From a virus (Duplodnaviria; Caudoviricetes): 59,880 nucleotides of DNA. Of this stretch, positions 1 to 10,300 are shown piece after piece. The stretch covers positions 1 to 59,880 of the IMG/VR virus record IMGVR_UViG_3300025888_000275; one strand, given 5' to 3'. The notes below the pieces were generated by a model. That model had not been told where the DNA came from. It saw nothing but the letters and a program-made list of their open reading frames with translations, and did no database searches. The position numbers were made by a program, and so were the translations under genes. Position 1 is the stretch's first letter. Each line of letters starts with the position of its first letter.

Positions 1-393
1 TTATGTACCAGTCTCAGACAACTTCTCTTTTTTAGGCTCTGCCGCTTTGCGCAGGTCTTCGTTTTCGCGCTCAATCGTTGTCACATATTTTTCCTGAAGC
101 TCCATTACTTTTTGCATCAGTTCAATTTTAGTCGTGTAGGCCGGGCCGCTTTCTTCGGTTGTGGCCTTACGCTCTTCCTCCAACATCTGGCCTTCGCCGG
201 TGAGAAGCCAGCGGGCATTGAGCTGCGGATAAATGCGGAGGATATCGCCTAAACTGGTTACTGGAATCTTTACATCCTTCAACCAATTGCCGACGGCTTG
301 TTTTGTTTCTCCAATCGAATCACCAAAATCAACATTTGTTATTTTTAAATGATCGATAAAAATACCAAGTCTTTCATTTACAGCATTTTTCAT
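1..393 (-). CDS. CI-like XRE helix-turn-helix repressor
   Basis: N-terminal HTH-like segment, LNARWLLTGEG motif typical of phage repressors, C-terminal coiled coil; divergent from a Cro-like gene. Confidence 0.8.
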   Translation of the reverse strand: MKNAVNERLGIFIDHLKITNVDFGDSIGETKQAVGNWLKDVKIPVTSLGDILRIYPQLNARWLLTGEGQMLEEERKATTEESGPAYTTKIELMQKVMELQEKYVTTIERENEDLRKAAEPKKEKLSETGT

Positions 394-437
394 CTTTTGT
401 TATTTAGAATCATTTTAAATTAACACATCAACTTAAA

Positions 438-463
438 ATAGTACAACAAATTTGTTGTACTAT
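438..463. promoter_or_regulatory. Perfect 26-bp palindrome, probable repressor operator
   Basis: ATAGTACAACAAA/TTTGTTGTACTAT located between the divergent cI-like and cro-like genes. Confidence 0.7.
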
Positions 464-537
464 CCATACTTTTTCTCTTACTTTACGCAGTCATATTACA
501 AACATAGCACGAATATATAACAAATAATATAAAAACC

Positions 538-750
538 ATGACAAGTAAAGATTTATTGAAGTTGAAGGAAGCAATGCCACTTGGATATCGCGACCAATTG
601 GCTGCCAAATTTGATGTTACAACTGTAACCATCGACCGTGTTTTACGTGGCGTGGGCAACCGGCCCGACATTATTGCCGCCGCTATCGAAGTTGCCGAAA
701 CTCATAAACAATATATGGCCGAACTAAAAGCCAAAATCAAATCACTTTAA
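538..750 (+). CDS. Cro-like small HTH protein
   Basis: 70 aa, QLAAKFDVTTVTIDRVLRG HTH pattern; first gene of the rightward early operon. Confidence 0.7.
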   Translation: MTSKDLLKLKEAMPLGYRDQLAAKFDVTTVTIDRVLRGVGNRPDIIAAAIEVAETHKQYMAELKAKIKSL

Positions 751-764
751 AACCAACCGATATT

Positions 765-1256
765 ATGGAAGCAATAGCATTAGTAATGTTTAATCAGACG
801 GTGAAGTACGAAAATGACAACATTTGGGTAAAGCCGGTCTGCGATTTCTTCAATTTACATGTTAAAAACCAGCACGCAAAGATCAAAAAAGACCTTATTT
901 TAGGTAAACTGGTCGGAAAAAACCGACCAGATTTGGGCGAAATCGACAATAACGGACGGATTTTGCTGTCAAAAAAAGGCTTTTTGAGATGGATTCAGAT
1001 CATCAACCCGAATACCATTGACCCAAAACTTCAACCTTCTTTTCTTCTTTATCAGGAATTGATTTTCGACTACCTGATTGGCTCAGGCGAAGAGCAAAAA
1101 ATGATTGGCAACCTAAACGCCAAGCTTCAGGACTTAAAAATGGATTACAGCGCACTTGGTAACGAAATAAGGACTACCCAGAAAGCACTGTTTGCCGCGC
1201 TTAACAGGCGATACCAGTACAGCCTGCCATTTGAAGCCCAAAAGGAAATTCAATAA
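765..1256 (+). CDS. Antirepressor with P22_AR_N-like domain
   Basis: WVKPVCDFFNL..Q..KIK.D.IL and GFLRWIQIINP motifs; paralog at 37521. Confidence 0.65.
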   Translation: MEAIALVMFNQTVKYENDNIWVKPVCDFFNLHVKNQHAKIKKDLILGKLVGKNRPDLGEIDNNGRILLSKKGFLRWIQIINPNTIDPKLQPSFLLYQELIFDYLIGSGEEQKMIGNLNAKLQDLKMDYSALGNEIRTTQKALFAALNRRYQYSLPFEAQKEIQ

Positions 1257-1284
1257 TCACAACCAATTTTTCAAAACCAATAAT

Positions 1285-1542
1285 ATGAAAGTACAAGCAT
1301 TTACAAAACAGAATGGTAAGATGGTTATTCAAACCATTGAAGCAGAAAATGAAGAGGCTGCCTGCAAACAGTTGTTCGATATTGAAAGAGAATCGAAGAA
1401 TGCAGTTGAAATAATAGCCATCCGTTTCTCTGGAAACAAGATTGTGACATGGAATTCGACCATGGCCCATTATTGCTGGGGCGAAGGCCAGATTAGTTTT
1501 CTCCAGTTCATACTCAATTGCATAGAGATGGATAAATTTTGA
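1285..1542 (+). CDS. Hypothetical early protein
   Basis: ATG at 1285 after an A-rich leader, in frame with ORF 1192..1542. Confidence 0.55.
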   Translation: MKVQAFTKQNGKMVIQTIEAENEEAACKQLFDIERESKNAVEIIAIRFSGNKIVTWNSTMAHYCWGEGQISFLQFILNCIEMDKF

Positions 1543-1755
1543 TACTTAACCCGGTGCATTGCTGCACTGAGAACAGCACTGCACCACACGGCGGGATTGG
1601 CACCAGCATAGGAGATGACACTCCCGCCAAAAATATATTGATTGATTTTTATCATAGCAAAGCAGTACTGGACGCTGCTCTAAAATGGGTCCTGCGTCAA
1701 TCTTAAATCCACGTGCCCCGGTCGGTTAATTCCGGAGCACATTTGCCTAAGTATT

Positions 1756-1830
1756 CGCGAGGTAGAGCAGTCAGGAAGCTCGTCCCGGTCATCACCGGGA
1801 AGGCCGGTGGTTCAAATCCACCCCTCGCCA
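1756..1830 (+). tRNA. Initiator-Met-like tRNA with atypical 8-nt anticodon loop (possible pseudo-tRNA)
   Basis: Acceptor CGCGAGG/CCTCGCC with 1:72 mismatch, D arm GAGC/GCTC, anticodon arm TCCCG-GTCATCAC-CGGGA, T arm GGTGG-TTCAAAT-CCACC. Confidence 0.7.
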
Positions 1831-1920
1831 CATGGCTACATGAAGCCAGAGCCGCAGATGCTTGGCCGCGAAATTCATGTTAAGCATCCGCTTTTTGGTT
1901 GGGGAGTTAAGAACCAAAAT

Positions 1921-1984
1921 TGGCCACAAAGGACGAAAGATTTTAAGAGAGATAGAGCGGGGTTCGACTCCCCGCATGGCCACA
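1921..1984 (+). ncRNA. Degenerate tRNA-like element
   Basis: Clear T arm CGGGG-TTCGACT-CCCCG and partial GGCCA/TGGCC acceptor pairing; no canonical D or anticodon arm. Confidence 0.35.
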
Positions 1985-2175
1985 ACGGTGGATGAAGCAA
2001 AACCGGGATAGAATCCTGATCGGTGTCCCGGTGCTTCCTGCCATGCCCCCTTCTTATTCCCCCGAAGGGGAAAGACAAGGACTAAGAAATAAAATAAAAT
2101 ATAAACAATAACGGCAATGCTTTAAGCCATCCCCTCCGGGGAGGGTTGGGGTGGGGCTTCAAAAACAAAATAACA

Positions 2176-2553
2176 ATGATTTACATCGCCGGAAAAATAA
2201 CAGGAGAAGACTTTACCACAGCATGGAACAAGTTTCAGGTGGCAGAGGCAAAGCTACACGCAATGGGCGTTCAGGTAATCAACCCGATGAAATTGGGGAT
2301 ACCACTTACATGGACATGGCAACAACAACTCGATAAGTGCATCGAAGTTTTCAAGCAAAACGCGACTTGTATTTTTTTACTCCGCGACTGGCGCGAATCG
2401 GAAGGGGCAAAGCGCGAATTCCTGACTGCGATGGAAATTAACAACGTTCAAAACAACCGGATCAGCATTTATTACGAGGAATCGAACGGTTATGCCGAAG
2501 TTTCGACCGATGTTGATGACAAAATACTCACCTGTTTAACACCAATACAATGA
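2176..2553 (+). CDS. DUF4406-like (nucleoside deoxyribosyltransferase-fold) protein
   Basis: MIYIAGKITG, NP, and IFLLRDWRESEGAKRE motifs; likely start at 2176. Confidence 0.75.
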   Translation: MIYIAGKITGEDFTTAWNKFQVAEAKLHAMGVQVINPMKLGIPLTWTWQQQLDKCIEVFKQNATCIFLLRDWRESEGAKREFLTAMEINNVQNNRISIYYEESNGYAEVSTDVDDKILTCLTPIQ

Positions 2554-2768
2554 TAACTACAGAACTTTTAACAAAAAAAACAAGTGTGAGGCGACGTGAA
2601 TTTGTGGTAGGCATACACCGCGAGGGGAAAAACCTGCTCGTACGCAAATCGGAATTGATTGGGGGCATTAAGGTGGCGCTCGACGAAACGTATGTGCTCA
2701 ATATTGACGATGCCGTTCTCGTGCAGCAAAACTGGATTAACGAACTACACGCATTTACATTAAACTGA
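2550..2768 (+). CDS. Hypothetical protein
   Basis: ATGA overlap with the upstream gene. Confidence 0.55.
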   Translation: MITTELLTKKTSVRRREFVVGIHREGKNLLVRKSELIGGIKVALDETYVLNIDDAVLVQQNWINELHAFTLN

Positions 2769-2773
2769 CTGAT

Positions 2774-2917
2774 ATGGACACATTTTACGCAATTCTCGAA
2801 GGTCTGTTTTACGTGGTGATGGCCGCTTTTTTGACTTGGATTTTTATTAGTGCCATGCGCCACACCGGACCCGACGAACGCAATGCCCGCACACGCTACA
2901 ACCAAACAAAACGATAA
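2774..2917 (+). CDS. Small membrane protein (47 aa, not in ORF track)
   Basis: MDTFYAILEGLFYVVMAAFLTWIFISAMR...; one hydrophobic helix; fills the gap between adjacent genes. Confidence 0.55.
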   Translation: MDTFYAILEGLFYVVMAAFLTWIFISAMRHTGPDERNARTRYNQTKR

Positions 2918-2920
2918 GCC

Positions 2921-3241
2921 ATGTTTGCCAACGAAGCCAGAAATTACATTACCGGATTAATCGCGATACAGCACAAAATACGGGCAACAGGTTATCGCCG
3001 CAGCGACCAGGTAACAGTGAACGGATGCCTGGCAAAACTCGAAACGTTACTAAAAGCTTGGAAATACCCGACCAATGAGTTGATGTCCGGGTTCTGGCGC
3101 AACCACCGCGAAGAAATCCGTTACCTGGTGCCAACGAATCAGTATAAAGGGTTCAAGGCGCTGATCTACCATTTTGAATACCTTGACAAGGAAAGTAAAA
3201 CATACATCAAACAAACCAAAGAATATGAAACCTCGAATTAA
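2921..3241 (+). CDS. Hypothetical protein
   Basis: Tightly packed ORF in the early operon. Confidence 0.6.
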   Translation: MFANEARNYITGLIAIQHKIRATGYRRSDQVTVNGCLAKLETLLKAWKYPTNELMSGFWRNHREEIRYLVPTNQYKGFKALIYHFEYLDKESKTYIKQTKEYETSN

Positions 3242-3590
3242 CGCATCTAACCATACCGACGACTACGAATGCCAACTGTGCGGATTTATTTTCGACCGGC
3301 ACCTGCACGGACCGTCGTGCCCCAATTGTGGTAAAGACTCGCTCGAGCTTTCGCAACTTAGGACTAAACTGAAATTAATTGCTTCTGTTTGCCTGCTGTT
3401 AATCTTTTTCAGCAGTTGCGCCCCACAACATCACATTGTTGGCAAACGGCCATTGGTCGAACGCCTTCAGAAGCAGGTTCGCCACCACAAAAACCACCTA
3501 AGCCAGCAAGGGTGCCGGATGCGCGGAAACATAGACCAGAATTACAGCCGGAGGCCTACCGGATCGTGGCCGTTCCAATTCCTGCAATGA
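3225..3590 (+). CDS. Zn-ribbon protein with internal hydrophobic, lipobox-like segment
   Basis: CQLC...CPNC followed by CLLLIFFSSC; start at 3225. Confidence 0.5.
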   Translation: MKPRINASNHTDDYECQLCGFIFDRHLHGPSCPNCGKDSLELSQLRTKLKLIASVCLLLIFFSSCAPQHHIVGKRPLVERLQKQVRHHKNHLSQQGCRMRGNIDQNYSRRPTGSWPFQFLQ

Positions 3591-3856
3591 ACCTTGGCAA
3601 GTTTCACATCCACCGGCACCGGTCGGCACTTTGCCACACCAGCGGTGGAGTGTTTGTAAACTTCGATGATGCTGCCGGTGCGAACCCCGGCCTTATTTGT
3701 GAAGATTGCCGCCTACGATACCGAAACATAACCGGAACCGACATTAAAAAAAACACAATTGATAAACCGCTTTTAAGAGCAACAACTGAATATTATGAAC
3801 ATTTCAATATATGTGATGATCGCGCCAAAACACAAATGGATAAATCAGGAGGTTGA
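3587..3856 (+). CDS. Hypothetical protein
   Basis: ATGA overlap at 3587; contains CEDC. Confidence 0.45.
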   Translation: MNLGKFHIHRHRSALCHTSGGVFVNFDDAAGANPGLICEDCRLRYRNITGTDIKKNTIDKPLLRATTEYYEHFNICDDRAKTQMDKSGG

Positions 3857-4523
3857 ATTATTGAAACGAGACTTTCCAACCCGCCGAACGGATTTGATTG
3901 CTGCTGAATTGAAATTGGCCTATCACATCGTAGCCAATAAGGCCTACCGTATTGGGTTGAAAAAAACAGATACTTTTTTGCACTCAGCGGAATGCAACCG
4001 GTTGGATGGCATAAAAGGCGCATCGACCCGGTTCGTTAAAGGACAGGTACCTCCTAATAAGGGATTACCCATGAGCGATGCGCTTCGCGAAAAAGTAAAA
4101 CATACCTGGTTCCCGAAAGGCCATGAACCGCCGAATACTAAATACGACGGATACGAACGAATTTCGAAAGATGGGTACCGCGAAGTGAGGGTGAGCAAAG
4201 GAAAATTTGTAGCACTTCACCGAAAAAACTGGGAAGCCCAAAACGGGCCAATCCCTGAAGGCATGATCATGAAATCGATTGACGGCGACCCGACCAATTG
4301 TGACCCGGCGAACTGGTACCTGATCAACCGTGCCAACCAGCTTGGCGAAAACTCCGGTCGCAATGAATTAGCAGATAGCTACATCATTTCAAAACTGGCA
4401 CATAAACACACTGAATTAAAGGCTGCATTCGCCGAAATGCCCGAACTAATTGAATTAAAAAGAAGTCAAATCAAACTAAAACGTACAATCAATGAGCTTA
4501 CTGAAATTACAACAAATGATTGA
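3816..4523 (+). CDS. HNH-endonuclease-like phage protein
   Basis: FVKGQVPPNKG and FPKGHEPPN repeats, ERISKDGY, LHRKNWEAQNGPIPEG, DGDPTNC..NW; the first HNH histidine appears replaced. Confidence 0.7.
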   Translation: MIAPKHKWINQEVELLKRDFPTRRTDLIAAELKLAYHIVANKAYRIGLKKTDTFLHSAECNRLDGIKGASTRFVKGQVPPNKGLPMSDALREKVKHTWFPKGHEPPNTKYDGYERISKDGYREVRVSKGKFVALHRKNWEAQNGPIPEGMIMKSIDGDPTNCDPANWYLINRANQLGENSGRNELADSYIISKLAHKHTELKAAFAEMPELIELKRSQIKLKRTINELTEITTND

Positions 4524-4941
4524 TAGTGGTAAAACATACTACTATCGCGAACAACCAGCTGTTTTTAAATCGTTTGACAACCTTGCTACTGAAATTGAAA
4601 TCCTTGTCGAGATAAACGGCAAACCTCAAAAATTTATAAAAGAAACTGAGGATAAAATAGGGCTGTTCCTCCAATGTTTTAAGGAGGTACCTGTTATTAC
4701 CGATGCTGATGTTGAATCAACAGGAAAGAACCTTCCGGCACAAAACAAACAAACCTATGTTCCTGAAATTTACATCAATACGAAAGACCTTTTTAAGTCA
4801 TTAAGCGACAAGCTACTTGAAGATATTGATACTGTGCGCAAGAAACCAGAGTATGTGAACCAGGCTAAACAGGTATGCAACAACGTGAGCGCAATCGTTA
4901 ACATCACCAAATTACAGCTTCAGCTGCTTCAAAACGGATAG
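4492..4941 (+). CDS. Hypothetical protein
   Basis: Overlaps the HNH-like gene; 149 aa ORF. Confidence 0.65.
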   Translation: MSLLKLQQMIDSGKTYYYREQPAVFKSFDNLATEIEILVEINGKPQKFIKETEDKIGLFLQCFKEVPVITDADVESTGKNLPAQNKQTYVPEIYINTKDLFKSLSDKLLEDIDTVRKKPEYVNQAKQVCNNVSAIVNITKLQLQLLQNG

Positions 4942-4943
4942 TC

Positions 4944-5699
4944 ATGAAAGAAATACCAATTTTATTCAGCACGCCAATGGTGCAAGCCATTTTGGAAGGC
5001 CGCAAAACTATGACCAGGAGAATTGTAAAGGATATTCATTCCGAAAGTCAGTATTTACCTGAATTCAAATTATCAGGATTCACATTTATTGAACCTGATC
5101 AATTTGAAAAACCTCACAACGAAAAGATCGCATCAGTTATTTCATGCCGATACGGCCAACCTGGCGATGTGCTTTGGGTAAGAGAAGCGTGGTGCTTGGA
5201 TTTATTAAATAGAAATGTTTATAAAGCTGATAGAGAAACGGATGGTGTTGGCCGAAAATTCTCATTTTCACCTTCCATCCACATGCCAAAAGCCGCTGCC
5301 CGTATCTGGTTGCAGGTTGAATCAATAAGGGTGGAACGGCTGAACGAAATACATTATCAGGATGCCATTGCTGAAGGAATAGAACGATTTGGAGATGACT
5401 CATGGAAGGATTACCAAAGTAAAACTGGCGAAACATATTATAGCAATCCAAGACTATCATTTAAATCACTTTTCCTTTCCATTAATGGGAAGCCAAAGCC
5501 AGTAAGAGAACGTGGCGAAACCGGTAAAATACTTTCGTACACGGCCATTGCCTGGGATCAGGAAGACTACGAAAAAACCTGGAAAAAATTTTACGGAGTT
5601 TACCGAAATAAACCACTTCATGTAATTATCAACCCATGGGTTTGGGTCGTCAAATTCAAAGTGCTGAGCACAACAGGGAAAGCAAACTTGAAACCTTAA
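4944..5699 (+). CDS. ASCH/PUA-like conserved phage protein
   Basis: PILFSTPMVQAILEGRKTMTRR, YGQPGDVLWVRE, PSIHMP, NPWVWV motifs. Confidence 0.75.
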   Translation: MKEIPILFSTPMVQAILEGRKTMTRRIVKDIHSESQYLPEFKLSGFTFIEPDQFEKPHNEKIASVISCRYGQPGDVLWVREAWCLDLLNRNVYKADRETDGVGRKFSFSPSIHMPKAAARIWLQVESIRVERLNEIHYQDAIAEGIERFGDDSWKDYQSKTGETYYSNPRLSFKSLFLSINGKPKPVRERGETGKILSYTAIAWDQEDYEKTWKKFYGVYRNKPLHVIINPWVWVVKFKVLSTTGKANLKP

Positions 5700-5712
5700 A
5701 CTGATAAGAAAT

Positions 5713-6153
5713 ATGCCAACAATCATCATTCCACAGTCGCAAATAACTGACATACTACCGGTACTCGATCGTAAAGCTTCCGATTTTCAGGTGGTAACTA
5801 TCTCAATTCGCAAACGGAAACGATTAATTGTAAAAGGCGAATTGTTGCACTTGTACTTTCGTAATCAGAACAAAAGGCTCGAAAAACTTGCAGTAGTAAA
5901 GTGTAAAGCGGTTGATAATTCAGGGAAAATGCAGTTAGTAACCCTGAGAAATACATACGACCGCAAGTATTACCTGAACCGGAAAGTAAAAGCGGCAGGG
6001 TTTAAACTGGAGCTGGAACTGACCGCGAAAACGATAATGGTAACTCCTGAGATGGCTGGTTCGATGAACTCACCAACTATGGCAAAGGGAATGAAAGCGC
6101 TGAAGGAGTTAAGCAGGGATTACAATTACGGGGTGCAATACATGCTGATATAA
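5713..6153 (+). CDS. Hypothetical basic protein
   Basis: ORF in the early operon. Confidence 0.6.
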   Translation: MPTIIIPQSQITDILPVLDRKASDFQVVTISIRKRKRLIVKGELLHLYFRNQNKRLEKLAVVKCKAVDNSGKMQLVTLRNTYDRKYYLNRKVKAAGFKLELELTAKTIMVTPEMAGSMNSPTMAKGMKALKELSRDYNYGVQYMLI

Positions 6154-6222
6154 AGCCCCCTCTAAATCTACTCCCGGTGGGGGAGACTTAAAAACGCACT
6201 AATCAACAATTAAGCTATAACC

Positions 6223-6579
6223 ATGACTGAAATAAAACGCATTGAAGCACAAATACCCGATACCGGAACGTTTTTTCTGGCATTCCCTTCGCCACAGAAA
6301 GACCTGATTGATATTGCAGAGAATCCCACCAAAATGGTGATAGTTGACGGAAATAGGGAAACAATGGTTGTACGTGGCGATTTTTTCAGGTACCCGCTGA
6401 ACATGATGAGCAACCTGATTTGTGAAATTACTTACGGGCACGATGCCGCATGGACCAGCCGACACCTGAAACAAAAATACCCTTACCTGAAGGAGGATAG
6501 TAAGATTGCTTTCTTTCTGTTTAAACGAATAGTCTTGAACACGATTAAGGGATTAGAGGATGGACAGGATTATGAGTAA
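6223..6579 (+). CDS. Hypothetical protein
   Basis: ORF with A-rich leader. Confidence 0.6.
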   Translation: MTEIKRIEAQIPDTGTFFLAFPSPQKDLIDIAENPTKMVIVDGNRETMVVRGDFFRYPLNMMSNLICEITYGHDAAWTSRHLKQKYPYLKEDSKIAFFLFKRIVLNTIKGLEDGQDYE

Positions 6580-6611
6580 ACAATTTGAAACCTTTTTAAA
6601 CTTATATAATT

Positions 6612-6953
6612 ATGGGACTTTATATTTATCTTACAGATCAGGACAGAATCAGCATGAGACAAGTTGCAGATGTGGAATTAAAAGAAATATTTGACGAAGC
6701 ACTACAACATGATAAATCACTGATGATTTCAGCAATCAATCACACCGAAAGCCAAGGATTGTTTAAAAAGCCGAAACAAACAATCAGGTATTCAATTTAC
6801 CACGAATGTTTCATTAATGGCAATCCTGCATTTCAAGCCAGACAGCAAATTTCTGCATCTGGATCAAAGCAACTTGTAATTGCATATCTATATGGAATTA
6901 TCAACGGCAGTTTATCAAAAATAGGCTTGAGTTCATTTATAAAACCCTTATAA
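6612..6953 (+). CDS. Hypothetical protein
   Basis: AT-rich ORF. Confidence 0.6.
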   Translation: MGLYIYLTDQDRISMRQVADVELKEIFDEALQHDKSLMISAINHTESQGLFKKPKQTIRYSIYHECFINGNPAFQARQQISASGSKQLVIAYLYGIINGSLSKIGLSSFIKPL

Positions 6954-6986
6954 ATAGACCTTTTGAAACCTTAAATACTATAAAAC

Positions 6987-7250
6987 ATGAAAATATCAGG
7001 TGTAGTAATTCAAAATCGAAACATATCAGAAAATACTGAGAATGATTTCGTTGCCACTTATAAAGGCAAAAGTATAGTAATATCTACAAATCATGGGTTT
7101 GGAAAACCTAAATGGGATCACCTTAAAAGATATAACATTGACGTAAAAGACATCAAATTAGGAATGTACGATGTACAATCCTATGAAGATTGCCATGAAA
7201 TGAGGGATGCAATACGATTAGCACTAAAAGGAGCTTGTTTAATCCCTTGA
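6987..7250 (+). CDS. Hypothetical protein
   Basis: AT-rich ORF. Confidence 0.6.
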   Translation: MKISGVVIQNRNISENTENDFVATYKGKSIVISTNHGFGKPKWDHLKRYNIDVKDIKLGMYDVQSYEDCHEMRDAIRLALKGACLIP

Positions 7251-7354
7251 TAGTTCAACTATACCACAATTAAAATACAGAGATTAACACAGATAAACAA
7301 TTCAACCAAACAATATTCAACGCTGAATTACCAATATTCAATACCCAAACACTA

Positions 7355-10300
7355 ATGATCGCACAAGATACTATCCAGAAAGTACTGTCAGCCGCCAATA
7401 TTACCGAAGTGGTTTCCGAATTTGTGAACCTGAAGAAGAAAGGCGTGAATTACCTGGGCGTTTGCCCTTTTCATAACGAGAAAACCCCGTCGATGGTCGT
7501 CAGTCCGGCCAAAGGTATTTTTAAATGTTTTGGCTGCGGAAAGGCTGGTAATGCCATTAGTTTCGTGATGGAGCATGAAGCGATGACTTATCCGGAAGCG
7601 ATTGAATACGTGGCTAAAAAATACCATGTCGAAATCCCGAAGGTTGAAATGACTGAGGATGAAATGCGCAAACGCAGCGAGCGCGATACACTGTTTGCGA
7701 TGAACCGTGTAGCAGCTACATTTTACGCCGACAACCTGAAGAACCATGGACAGGCTATTACTTACCTGAAAGACCGCGATTTTGATCTGACCGACATTGA
7801 TAAATTTAGTTTGGGAAGTATTGGTGTCGCCTGGGACGAATTTCTGAAACATGCCACATCGCTGGGTTATAATCCACAGCAATTGCACAAAGCCGGATTG
7901 TTGGGAAAGAAGGAGACGGGAGACGGGAGACGGGAGACGGGAGAACGATATTATGACCGATTCCGCGACCGGGTGATATTCCCGTATTTCGATCTGATGG
8001 GTCATGTGGTTGGCTTTACGGGGAGGATACTGCCTTCGACTGCTTCGCGCTCAGGCAGCGATGCCAAGGATGATGGGCAGGCGAAATACCTGAATTCTCC
8101 GGAGACGGAAGTATTTCATAAGGGGAGATTGTTGTATGGCTTATTTCAGGCAAAACAGGCCATTGTGAAGGAAGGAAAAGCTTACCTGGTTGAAGGCAAT
8201 ACCGATGTAATCCGTTTTCATAAACAAGGGCTGACCAATACCATTTGCACATCGGGAACCGCTTTAACGGTTGAACATGCCCGGCTGATCCGCCGGTTTA
8301 CCAACAACCTGACTATCCTGTTCGATGGTGACGGCGCTGGGTTGAAAGCAGCGGTAAAAGGCATTGATATTTGTATTCAGGAGGGATTGAACGTATATGT
8401 GGCCCTGCTTCCAACAGGCGAAGATCCGGACACGTTTGCAAAAGGGAAAAGCCGCGACGAACTGTACCACTGGATTGAGGATAATGAGAAAGATTTTATT
8501 TTGCTGATGTGCGACCTTGCAGCAAAAGACATTGAGCAAAAGCCAGCCGAAAAGGGAAAACTGATCAACGAACTGTTGGACATTGTAAAGAAGGTTCCCG
8601 ATCTGATTACCCGCGAAACTTACTTTTCGGAGGTGGCCAACAAATTCAGTATTGACCGCAAAAAGGTAGAAGCCGGAATTTTTAAGGAAGAGAAAGCTGA
8701 TGAGTTGTTTGGCATGATTGTAAACGAAACGGCCATCCGCGAAAAAGACCAGGTGTTTATCTATACTTCAAAAGAAACCGCTTTTGCCAATACCGGGTCC
8801 GACCTTGAAACGAATTCGATTGTTGTTTCAGGATTATTGACCGCCGTACAGATCGGAAAGCTAAGCGGTATAACTAAAAACTTAGTTTTTGCTGAAGAGT
8901 TTGACTACAAACATTCTACCTCATGTCGCGCAGGGTTGGAAGTTTCGCCGGAAGACATTATTAAAACTCAGCGGCAAATCAAACAGATGAAGTTTCTGGC
9001 AGAAAACGGATTTACGGTGTTGCTGAATTGCGGAGATCGTTATGGAAAAGATCAGGAATACGTTTCATTCTCAACCTTCTATTTTGATTTTCTGGCCGAA
9101 AGCATCAAACCTTACGATCCGGATTCGAAGAAAGAAGCGGTAGAAGCAGCTGCCGAATTCCTGAGCAAGTTGGACAACACGACCATATCGATTAAGACTG
9201 CCGAGATTGCCAAACGTTTCAACCTGTCGAAAGCCGACTTTGCACAGGTGCTGAAACCATTCCTGAGCAAGGTGAAAAACAAGGTGCAGCAGCGCAACGA
9301 GGAAATAATGATCGATGATGAGCATTACGTTTTTTCGATTGAGAAGCTGCCCGATTACGTGGATCAAAAGTTTTTCAATAAATACAATCATTTTGCCGCC
9401 CAGAATAAAGACGGTAAAAAGATATTTTATGTATTTGCCACCGAACATGGCACATTGACCAAAGTTGGGAACTTCTACATGGAACCGCAGTTTCAGGTAT
9501 TTTCAGACGATCCGCTGAAGAACAAACGTATATGTAAACTCAACCATGCCGATTTGCGGTCGTCGAAATACGTGGAGATCCCCAGTAACGAAATGATTGA
9601 ATTTGGAGCGTTCAAAAAGTTCCTTTTCAGGCAGGGTCCTTACCTACTCCGGAATGCCAAAGTATTTCACCTTGACACCATACTTGACTCCATAGCGCTG
9701 AATTTTCCGGTGGCCTACGAGCTGACTATTTTTGGACAGCAGAACGAGGATTTCTATGCCTTCAGCAATGCCGTATTTGCCGAAAACAAGATCAAATACA
9801 TGAACGACCTTGGATTGATTGAACATGGGGATACCACGTTTTATTCGCCCTCCATTTCAGTCATTTATAAGGACGTTCGCAAAGATGAAGATCAGTTTGC
9901 ACTCGACCGCTTCTTTATTTACCGCGAAAACAAAAATGTTCATTTCAAAGAATGGGCTGAATTGGTGCGCGAAGTATATAAAGCGAACGACAACGGCTGC
10001 TGGACGGTACTGATGGCCATCATGTGCGCCTTCAGGAGCGACATTTTCAAGATCGACCGGTTGTTTACCACCCTGTTTTTTATCGGGCCTACCGAGTGCG
10101 GAAAATCGCAGCTGGCACAATCGATCCGTGCGCTGTACATTCACCCCGATGCGCCAATGTTTAACCTGAACTCCGGCACAGACGCCGCATTTTTCACCAT
10201 GCTCCAGCGTTACCGCGATGCGCCGGTAGTGATGGAAGAATACAACGATCAGCAAATTTCAGATATTAAATTTCAGGGATTGAAAGCCTCGATTTACGAC

